NCBI GenBank assembly: GCA_013265495.1
Contig: MU058584.1
Coordinates: 6,910,407 to 6,974,406, forward strand
Direction: 5' to 3'
DNA length: 64,000 nucleotides
Source of the DNA: Vicugna vicugna
Taxonomy: Eukaryota
The first letter of the stretch is position 1, and each line of letters begins with the position of its first letter. The translations under genes were made by a program, and so were the position numbers. The notes beneath the pieces were generated by a model. The model ran no database searches. It had not been told where the DNA came from and saw only the letters and a list, made by a program, of their open reading frames with translations. Positions 50,952 through 61,235 of this stretch are shown here, in pieces.

Positions 50952-53100
50952 ACCTCAATGTTTTCACTATGGAGGCGGGGGCTCGAGGACCCTCTTCACT
51001 CGAGTGTGATGTGCCTCGAGTGACCCTTGCAACTTCAGGGCAGAGAGGGTGGTTAGGATCCCAGGTGGGGTGCATTCCCCTTAGGAGTGAGCTGACTTTG
51101 CAGACTGCCTGCGTTCCAGGTTTTTAGGTTCACCCAGTCCCCTGGCCGGAAAGGGTGCAGGGCCAGGTGCATGGGTGCAGGCAGCTCCTGGTCACCATAT
51201 TCCGTGTGAGCTTTCATGGTCTCTCCCCGCTAGAGGGCATACTTGAGTTGTTCCATATCAAGGTGTCCCTTCTCTTGGGCTTGGGGAATGAGTCTACTAT
51301 ATAGGAGTTCACATAGACTTTGATTTATCCCTTGGGGCTAACCACAAGCAAAGGAGGGCAATCAGAAGAAACTTAATCCAATTTTCTTAAGTTTCCTATC
51401 ATAGCTTGGCTAAGACCCATTTTAAGGTCTGATTGGATCTTTCTACTTTCCCCAGTGATTGGGGTCTCCAGGCTGAATGCAAGGTCCATTTTATGCCTAG
51501 GGCATTCATTACCCCTTCATCACTTGAGATACAAGTGCAGGACCATTATCGCTTTGTAAGGATCCTGGGAGCCCAAATTTAGGGGTTATTTCTGTTGGTG
51601 ATGCTTCTACGTACCCATAAAATGTCTATTAGCATCAAGAGATACCTGCAATTGCCCAGTACTCTTGGCATGACAGTAAAATCAATCTTCCAACTTTCTC
51701 CAGGATATGTCCCTCTGGTCTGAATGGGCCTTACCTGGGGGCCTCGGGGAGCCAGGTGGGGGAGGGGCTGGTGTTGGGGTTATTAATTATGCCAATGGGG
51801 CAGGTCTCAACTATCTGACTGATTATACATTTCATGCCAGGAGTTACCATGACCTCAACTAACCAGTTATATAGGGCTTCCTTCCCGAAGTGGGTTCCTT
51901 GACGAGCCTCCCTGATGGCTGGACAAGGTGCAGTTTGGGGAAAGAAGTATTGCCCGTGTTCATTAACTAGCTGCCCATGGCCTCCTCGATCTCTATTGAG
52001 GCCCCATTTTCAGGCTTTGTTCAATTCTTTGTGTAGGCTGGGGAATAATTGGATGGATCTGGCCTTCAAGGCATGAGGGGTACTTGCCAAGTTACTGGTT
52101 TTACGGCCACCCTTTTGGTAGTTGTGTCCCCTTGTTTCCCTTTATTAATTCTGCATCTCCCTTTTGGTGGCCCGTACAGTGAGTCACTGCCATGGGTTTT
52201 TTGTTTGGTTTTTTTTTTTTTTGGTAGTTGTACTGCTTCTAAGAACTTCAGTATGCCTAAGCCATGTTTCACCTGTTTATTCTCTGCAGTAAGCGTACCT
52301 CTTTCCTTCCAAACAGCCCTGTGTGCATGTAGGCTGGCATACACATACTGGGAATCTGTGTAAGCATTTAAGATCTTCCCTGTCCTGAGCTTAAAGGGTC
52401 AGGTGAGGGCTAGTAGCTTGGCCTTTGGGGCAGAAGTCCCAGGGGGTAGACTTCTTGCTTCTATGACTTGGATCTGAGAGGTTACTGCATATTTTCCCGC
52501 CAGACTTTTTCCCTCTTTTATAAAACTGCTCCCGTCTGTGAACCATTCCTCTTCTGAGAGGCTCGCTTCCTAGATCAGGGCAACTGGTATAGATTGTATA
52601 CAGTTGTGCTCCAGGTGCCTCCTTTCTGTGGGTAGCAGGGTGGCAGGATTTACCACGTGACAGGTTTTCGTGGTAGCAGCTGGGTTGCCTAAAAGCATAG
52701 CCTGAACTTGAATCGACCTTCTGGGGCATAGCCATTCTGTTTCCTTAGAACTTACTAAAGCCTAAACCTGGTGTGCAGTCCATGTAGTGATTGGCTGGCT
52801 AAACGCTAACATTTCAGCCTCCTTTAGCAGGGCTGTAGTTGCTACTGTCCGCAGGCAAGGAGGCAGGCCATCTCTTAGTGGTTAATCTAATTGTTTAGAG
52901 AAATAAGCAACCACCTGAGTAAGGGGTCCCAGTTTAGCGCTAATACCCCAAGAGCAGTTCCTCTTCTCTCCGGAATGGAAAGGTCAAAGGGTTAAGCTAC
53001 ATCTGGGAGGGCCAGGGCAGGGGCCTGAAGCAATTCCTTTTTCAGTTCTTGAAAGGCCCTTTCACATTTTCCGTTCCTTTCAAAAGGATCATCAACATTT

Positions 53101-53738
53101 TGTTACTGAACCAAACCTGGCCCACTGTTTGCCCACACATGGTAAATCCAATCTACTGACACCGGGTTGTGGTGAAGGCAAGTGCGGTGTTCACTGCAGG
53201 ACGCCAAGCAAGGCGTTCAGGGCAGCTAGTGCTTAAGAGGCCCAAACTCCCCGAAGGCTCTCAGGGAAAGGTTTTTAAAGATCAGGTGAGGGAGGGGGCT
53301 TGTGGGCTGTGTGCTCAGCTTGTGGACATTCTTCTGATTGGTTGGTGGTGAGGTCATCTGGAGTCAACAACACCAGCTTTCTGGTTCCAACCGGTCTGGG
53401 GTCTATGTGCTTGTGGGCAGCATACAGTTGACTTCTTTCATCTGGTGTGGGTTTTAGTATGTGCAAAACAGCCCAAAGGATATAGCTCAGAATATTATCT
53501 ATAGCCCTTGAGGAGGAACTAAAGGTCCTCGGCTTTGTTTAATGGCTAAACTATTGTTATTTTGTCTCCCTTGACTGTTTTCGTTTTGCATTTTCTCAAT
53601 TTCCTGATTAAATGTACTCTGTGGAACTCAGGGAAGCCTAGGAGACTAAAGTTTTTCTACAGACAAGAGGCAGATGGAGGATATGGCGGGGGCTGGGGTT
53701 TGTCCCAGGAAAGCCCCAAAGGGTCCTGCTCGGTTACA
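53101..53738. mobile_element. Solo LTR of a second ERV family nested in pol
   Basis: Inverted termini TGTTACTGA...TCGGTTACA; 4-bp TSD attt/cttt; pol peptide continues on both sides. Confidence 0.85.
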
Positions 53739-54343
53739 CTTTCTTTTCACCTTTTTGTACAGAAGCCTAGTTGTTAGGCCCTAGTTAGGGATCCTTTTCC
53801 CGAGCTCGCCTCTTGGCTCATGAGGCTGGCTGCTTTCCCTTATCAAACTGAAGGTGACAATGAAGACTGCTATCGTTGACCCCTGGAGGTGGGCGAGGAG
53901 GGCAGAAAGTCCTGATGCGACTGCTGCTGCCTCGGACAGGGGTCAAGAGGACAGCGGACAAGGCTGCAGTGGCTCCCTCCTGTCCACAGGTCCCCACTGT
54001 CCCTGGGTGTCCAGCACCACAAGAAGGCCAGCCAGTGGCGGCAAGCAGACACGCTTGAGTTTCAGCCTCAGATTCCCAACGGAGGCACATTATGACCCCC
54101 TCAAGGGGGCCCAGTCCAGATTACTCTGGGCGCTACAGTGTGTGCGCACCACGCCAGGTTCAGGTTGCTGGGCAGAGTTGCTCTGAATTCAGCTGAAGAC
54201 AGCAGCTACCCCATCACAGTGAACTCAAAGACCAGAGTCAGTCATCCTCACTGGAACCTCCCAATGTTTCTGCCAACCTCCCACTAGAGCCAGAGCGAGC
54301 CTGGAGCCTTAGTGGGCAGGTGCAGCTGAAAAGGCCACAGTCT

Positions 54344-54361
54344 GCCTCATCTGGGTTGCCA
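54344..54361 (-). promoter_or_regulatory. ERV primer-binding site, tRNA-Arg-like
   Basis: TGGCAACCCAGATGAGGC, 15/18 to the recalled Arg PBS TGGCGACCCAGATGGGAC, about 3 nt from the 5' LTR. Confidence 0.7.
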
Positions 54362-54364
54362 AAA

Positions 54365-54862
54365 TTTCTTACCCACCGTTTTGTGTAGATGCCCAGCAAG
54401 GGTCCTCCTGCCAGTGTTGTTCCAGCTGATACGAGGAGACCAAGTTTGGTTCAGAAGCAGAGGAAAGGCCTTATTCTTTGATCAAAGAATGGAGAGGTGC
54501 GAGCTCTGGCTCCAGAGTACCCCCTCTCCCCAACAGGCCCACAGTGGGGCTGCTTTACAGTCTGTCAGCAGGGAGGGTGGCAGAGCTCTTGTGGGTCGGG
54601 CACAGCTGTGCTGCTCACGGCTCCAGATTGCAGTCCTGGGTGCAGCATCTCTGCACACGGCCCACCTGTGCTGAAGTGTCAGGTGCAGCCGTTTTGCCGT
54701 AGGAACTCTGGTCTGAAGGGCCTGGTGCAAAGCCTCTGCACACGGCACCCTATGAGCAAGTGAAATTAGACTAAGCACAAAGGAAAAAAACAAAGGTTAG
54801 ACTTTATTAGCCAGATTCTGTTTTTATTTCCCAGGAATTGTTAATGGGCTTTGCCAGTGACA
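54365..54862 (-). mobile_element. ERV 5' LTR (CpG-decayed)
   Basis: Homologous to 49866-50369 (cagcaagggtcc, tcagaagca.aggaaag, ggaactctggtctgaagg, cagtgaca end). Confidence 0.85.
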
Positions 54863-55673
54863 TAGCCACCACTGTAAACAGCTCTATGTTTTCACTGTTA
54901 CTACCATCTTTACTTTATACAAATCCATTATTTCTGTCTTATATATACCAAGGAGACAATTATCCAAAAAAAAAAAAAGAGGAGAAATATTTGGTAGCCC
55001 TTTTCATATACAGTGTATAAATATCATAGTGATACTTCTATTGACAGAGTGTTAGGAGCTTGAAAGATCAATCGGAAACACAAATGTAAATAATATAAGA
55101 ATAAACTATAAATAAGCAACAGTATAATAAAACATTAAGCATATAATAAGGCACAAAGCAAAGAAGCATGAAGTAACAAACCTAAGTCACAAGAATAGTT
55201 ACTTTTTTTACATAAGAACATGCCACAAAATTTCTCCTTGTAAAAAAGAAAAAACTTTTCCTTCAATTTGTAAACATGTTAAATACATCAGTAACATTCT
55301 GATAGAATATACCTAACGGGTAAAATAACATGCATCGACAATCTACTTCTTGTCTAGGACGTTCAGGGTCGTGCATGAGATGTTTCTTATTATTGTCTGC
55401 AGCAAGCTTGATTTCCCTAAGCAATTGCTTTAAGAGGGAACATTCATGGAATATAAATTCTCCTATACTTTTAACAAGGCATGCTGCACTAAATCAATAT
55501 CTGGCCTGACAGCATCCAATGGGATGGGGGATGATATGCTAGTCCTTCTCCTGCCATTGGCCCCAGGAGCAAAGGGCTACCATATTTCTGGGACTTCCCT
55601 TTTCCCACAGACCCTATGCCTGACAACTAGGGAATTATAGCTCCAGATATTTCTGATCCCTTCTTCCCCTCAG

Positions 55674-55816
55674 GAATCCATAAGTTTAAAGGCCAGATCC
55701 TGCACAGTCAAGAGTACAAGATCCCAGAAGGCGTTCAGGGCAAACGCGTCCTAGTGATCGGTCTTGGGAACACTGGAGGGGACATTGCAGTGGAGCTCAG
55801 TCGAACGGCAGCTCAG
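55674..55816 (+). CDS. FMO4: FMO4 coding exon 4 (fingerprint and NADPH-binding motif)
   Basis: ctcag acceptor, (G)[47 protein letters not shown], donor GTACAG; 143 nt. Confidence 0.96.
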
Positions 55817-56750
55817 GTACAGCATCTCTGAATCCCACCCCCTGCATCATTTCTGGTTTCTGGAGAGAGGTATTCAAGATTATGAAACACATGGCCAGTT
55901 ACTAAGTTATGTGGACACGGAGGTGAGTAAGAAAAACAAAAGAAATTGAAAATCTTTAAATCCTCTCATGATCCTCCCTGAAATAGTTAAAAATCCATGC
56001 TTTACAATACTGAACCATCTCCAGGAAGGATCTAGGAAAACTACATGGATGCCAGACCACTAGGCATTTTTCAGAGATGCTCCTGAAACAAGACCCAATG
56101 GACAAATGCTCCATCCTCACCAATTATGTTTCTTTTACACTCTCTCTTTGTAATTCTGGGAGGGAAAAAAAAAACCCACATAAAAATAGAAAGGGGAGAT
56201 TGTTTCCTGAACATCTCCAAATTTTTAATTAGGAGTCAAATTCATTCTTTGTTTTAAGATAAAACCCCCCTACTTTGTCCAAGAGGTGTACATAATAATT
56301 AAAGAAATTCCAAGCATAAATTCACAAATTAGAAACCTGTTTCACTTTACCATAAATTATAGTACAATGATTAGATCCGGAAAGAATAGATTTTTATTTG
56401 TTACAGTTAAAATTGCTTCCTCAAAACCTCATTTTAAATCCTGCATTATTTACATGTGAAAAATTGCCAGATCAATACCCCATATCTGCTAGTACTATTA
56501 TTCTTGATATTAAACAGGATGAAAGGCCTTAACAGAGACATAGATCAGGTCAAAGTGATTTATGAAAGCAGCGACAGCAACAGAAGCAGCTAGTCCTTTG
56601 CAGATCTGGGTGCAAGTTCACGGGTCCTCTGATGTTGTAAGACCAGAATGTTACAAGATCATTTGAAACATACTGAAGAAAAATACTACAAAGTGATAGG
56701 GGGCACAAATCTGTTGCACATATATTTGTCCTTCTTGCCTTGCTTTTTAG

Positions 56751-56950
56751 GTACTTCTCAGTACTAGAACCGGTACCTGGGTTATCAGCCGCTGTTCAGA
56801 TGGGGGCTACCCGCTTAATATGATGGTTACAAGAAGACACCATAATTTTATTGCACAAGTTCTGCCTGCATGGGTACTAAAGTGGATTCAAGAGAGGCAC
56901 ATGAATAAAAGATTTGATCATGCGAATTATGGATTAAGTATTACAAAGGG
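56751..56950 (+). CDS. FMO4: FMO4 coding exon 5
   Basis: tttag acceptor, VLLSTRTGTWVISRCSDGGYPLNMMVTRR...FDHANYGLSITK(G), donor GTATTT; 200 nt. Confidence 0.95.
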
Positions 56951-58025
56951 GTATTTATTTATTTTTTGTTCAGTGGTAAAGTTACTGAATCAATATTTCT
57001 CCTTCTATTTTATTCAGAGCTCAAAATGTTCAATAATTGTGACATTGCCTTTGTTTGTCCTGTTCTAAGCTTATTTTCAGAAGACAATGTCCCTCAGTAC
57101 CACAGCAGTTCTTGAAACAGGAGTAATCTCTGTCTGGTAACAGAAGTAGTAATTCACGAGGCTAGAGGAAAATGAAGGATGAAAACTTTATTTCCAGTTT
57201 GAATATCAGGAAATTTAAATAGACCTCAAGGAATCTCAGGGTGGCTGCCATCCACAAATAGAATATTCGCAGCACCAGTGAGTGTAGATGGCCAGCTCTC
57301 ATTACCCTTTAATAAGTTCTGCTCTGGCTGAATGATTAGAGGTATGAATTGCCAATAGGAATTTCTGGAATTCTATATTTTAATATACTTCTGTATAGAG
57401 CTGCACATTGGGAAGGAAGAGAAAACCTTTGAAATGCATGTAAGGTCATTAAATGTGATTTTTATTATATGCTTGACCCAGATATTTTTATTTGCAAAGA
57501 GAGCTTTCAACTTACAAAGGAAATTAATGGCAACAGATGATTTGACATGTAAATTTTATAAAGACATTATGTCTGCTGTGATTAGGTAGAATGATATTCA
57601 TAATGAAGATATTTATCACTATCAATAAATTCAGATTTTTTTAATCCAAAAAGTTCCTTGAAATTTCCTCTTTGCTAAATGTCAATCCTTTGAGGCCTGC
57701 GTGATGTAAGACCCCAAACTGGTTATCATATGGATTGTTTATACTCCATCCCAACATTGCTCCAGGAATTAATTCCAAAAGGTTAAGAATTTAAAGCCCC
57801 GGGCAGGAAAGAGTAGGTTTAGTCATCTTCCACATGCCTCCTACTGGGAGCAGGAAAACAAGCATATTATCAAAACACTAAGCCACGCAGAACACTTTGA
57901 ATTAGACATTAGTCAATTCACTCCTTTGGTTTGGTGGATAATTTCCCTGAATTGATTAAATAAATCATTTGCTGAGCGTCTCATAAGTGTAACTACAGTG
58001 AATAATTTTCTCCTCTGTGTCAAAG

Positions 58026-58378
58026 GAAAAAATCAAAAAACATTGTGAACGATGAGCTGCCTACCTGTATCCTCTGTGGGACAGTCACTGTGAAGACCAG
58101 CGTGAAGGAGTTTACAGAAACCTCTGCTCTCTTTGAAGACGGGACAGTGGAAGAAAACATCGACATTGTGATCTTCACCACAGGATACACATTTTCTTTC
58201 CCCTTTCTTGAAGAACCTCTCAAAAGCCTTTGTACAAAGAAGATATTCCTTTACAAGCGGGTCTTTCCCTCAAACCTAGAGAGGACAACACTCGCCATCA
58301 TTGGCCTCATCAGCCTCACGGGCTCCATCTTAGCAGGCACAGAGCTCCAAGCACGATGGGCCACGAGAGTATTCAAAG
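58026..58378 (+). CDS. FMO4: FMO4 coding exon 6 (FTTGY)
   Basis: caaag acceptor, [18 protein letters not shown]...[12 protein letters not shown]...[10 protein letters not shown](G), donor GTACCT; 353 nt. Confidence 0.95.
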
Positions 58379-60070
58379 GTACCTGCAGTCTGTTTAAAGC
58401 CCTATGTGACCAACTGAGTCTTGAAACTAGTGCCTTGAGATTTGGCTAAAATCAAACAAATGTGAGCTAAATTAACATAAAACATGCTTAAAAAATTTTT
58501 AGTAGAGAATTAATTTTATACATGTGTAATATCATGGTGGGTGTGTTCATGTCACCGATGTGACTAGGGGAAAAAGAGGCTTTGGCTCTGTGGATGGGAT
58601 AAATTTGGACAACAGAATATAATCACAGTTCTCAGATTAACTGAAATTATTAGAAGCTTCGGGATCCTATTCCATTCCACTCAAGTCAAGCTATTTACTC
58701 TTAAGTCTTTCCATTTATTTCCAGCAGTAGAATTTTATATTGCTTTCCTGAGAAAGACATCGGAATAATACACACTGTGAATAAACTTGGGACCTAAGGA
58801 GATAGTGACTTTTAAGACATGCCCATAAAAACATTGCAGACACTGGACACTAACTGCTATCAGTTATCACTGTGTGAGCACAGGTGACAGGAGTCCGGGC
58901 TCCCAGGGTCCAATCCCAGCTCTGAAGCTCACTAGCTTTGCAAGGACCTCTTTACTTCTCAGCCCCGTTGCCTATAAAATGGGGATAAGAAAACCTCTTT
59001 TACAAGGATTTCATAAAATGGATAATGTCCACAAAGCAATTAGCACACTACTTGACACATAGTAAATGCTTAGTAACTGTAGCTGCCTTTCTTACTAATG
59101 CTGTTATTATCTCTAGATATTATTATCTCTTCTCTAGAACAGGGCAGGTTTTAGATTTGTGAGCATTTTAAAGAATTGCATTTGTATTATTTAAAAATAT
59201 AAAAATGAGTCACAGTTGGGCCAATCAGCTGTTCTTTAGCAGAATTTTGCCCCTAATGAATAAAAACAATCATCAATAATTTATAAATAGCATATAATGC
59301 AATACTAAGTAGTGTTGACTTCCATCCCACTGTACACATGTAATAGATATCAACCATACTGTACAATGTTCTCCTAAGTGGACAAATATGATATTTGAAT
59401 TTGAGGGGGTTGAGAGTGGAGGAGAGAAGGTTAATCTCATTTGTTTACATTACAAAAGAAATTCCGCAGCCTTTCATTCAATTATCACAAATGTTTATTT
59501 CTTTAAGGACAATTAAAGTGCTTTCACTGCACTTTCCAATTATATTAAAACCACAGAAGACTCTTAAGTACTTGCTTTTTTTTTTAAGTATTTTATAATG
59601 AGCTCAAAAATGCTTATCAGAATGGTAGAGCTGACAAAACAAAACTTGATTAGATCACACCATAAGAGTGATTGCATGCCTTTCCAGAGAGCCTCCAAGG
59701 GACAATCTGGGAGTCACCGAGTGAAGTCTTTCCAGCTTCATACAGACTAAAATGATCCCAGTGGCAAGCACACTGTAGAACTAAGTCAGACCTTTCTCAC
59801 GTGGATGGTAACCCCACCCCTGGCATCAGCACTTGGCCACTGACAGGGGCAGGACTGGCCGGAAGAGCAGAGACTGCCTAGGTGGGCTATTGAGAACAAG
59901 CACATCCTCACGATAACTCAAGCAGACAGAGCCTTTGTGAGACAGAGATTGCCAGGCCCCTTCCATGCCTGAGGCTCCCCATGTAACAAAAGTGATGACA
60001 TGCCAAAACAGGGTTATAGAAACAGGGTTAATTTAAGTGATAACATGTAACCAGCTAACAGCTTTAATAT

Positions 60071-60077
60071 ACACATA

Positions 60078-60120
<43 letters not shown>
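60071..60120. repeat. (CA)n microsatellite
   Basis: Seen directly. Confidence 0.95.
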
Positions 60121-60123
<3 letters not shown>

Positions 60124-60485
60124 AAAATGTCAATGTATATATACATGATATAAATAATATTATGTATAGATATATGTAATGTGTAAGCAGATGAAGAGGG
60201 GCAGGTGCTGATGATCAGTGTTGACCAGTGCAGTGACACAGGCTGAGGGCTGGGCACAGGGCATCTGATCTGTCCTCACAATTCCAGCAGGAGAGTACCC
60301 TGGTTAAGTGAATTTGGAGGGGGATTTTACCTCCAGAAAATTACCCTCTGCACTCTAATTCCATTCTGAGCTTTGACCATCACATGTTCTGAGCTTGGAG
60401 CAGTGGGAGGACAGAAATGAGAGGGAGGAGAACTCAAAGGAAAAGCCACATGCGACTTCAGCGTTGTTTCTGACTTCTCTCACAG

Positions 60486-60555
60486 GACTCTGTAAGATTC
60501 CTCCATCTCAAAAACTGATGGCTGAAGCTATGAAAAAGGAGCAGCTCATAGAAAG
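60486..60555 (+). CDS. FMO4: FMO4 coding exon 7 (final exon lies beyond the window)
   Basis: cacag acceptor, (G)LCKIPPSQKLMAEAMKKEQLIE(R), donor GTATGA; 70 nt. Confidence 0.93.
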
Positions 60556-61235
60556 GTATGAAATATAACCTACTACAGGAAAAACTTAGCAATATATTTC
60601 ATTACAAAAATAAAGGCTTTAAATATTTAAAGCCATTTAAGCCATTTGTAGAGAAGCAGTATGGCAGGTTGGAATAATCACATTAGGAGACAGAAGAATC
60701 TGTTTTTAGTCCTAACTCTTCCACCAACAAGATTTATGGCCTTAGACGTGTCCAGTGGGGGCACCAGTTTGCCTCAGCAAAACATGGAGGCTGGCCCCTA
60801 CCAGATAGCAATCCTTTGTTCACTTGCCCCCAGAAACTTACTGTTCTCTCTGCCTGGAATTTTTCCCTCCACCCAATACCTGCAGGCTCACTCTGCGCAG
60901 ATGTCACCTCATAAGAGAGATGCCTTCTCTGACAACACCAACTGGTCTCATCATTGTCTCTCCCCTTTACCCTCCTTCATATTTCTCCATAGTAACTATT
61001 ACCACTTGATATATTATATATATAGTTGGCAAGGTTTTTTATAGCCTGCTGATTTCCACTGTTAGAATGTAAGTTCCTTGCCATCAAGGCCTTTGTTCTA
61101 CTCACTGTTGAACTCCTGGTACCTAGAATGGTGCCTGTCATGTGATAGACACTTAAGATTGATTGATTGATTGAAAGAATGACATTGGCATTATCGTGAA
61201 CATTTATAAACAACAGAGCCTTCATATACACTGTG

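Larger units (their letters stand above)
49866..54862 (-). mobile_element. Internally deleted class I endogenous retrovirus (ERV9/HERV-W-like), antisense to FMO4
   Basis: Two homologous ~500-bp LTRs; PBS; pol remnants (RT thumb LYKKVKR..ERAFQELKKEL, RNase H YASLHAHRAVWKERG, IN RGTYPGESWKIDFT and ALKLQGSLEAHHTRVKR); env TM tail IFGPCI*NCLQFFVS; PPT; 4-bp TSD cagc/tagc. Confidence 0.9.
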
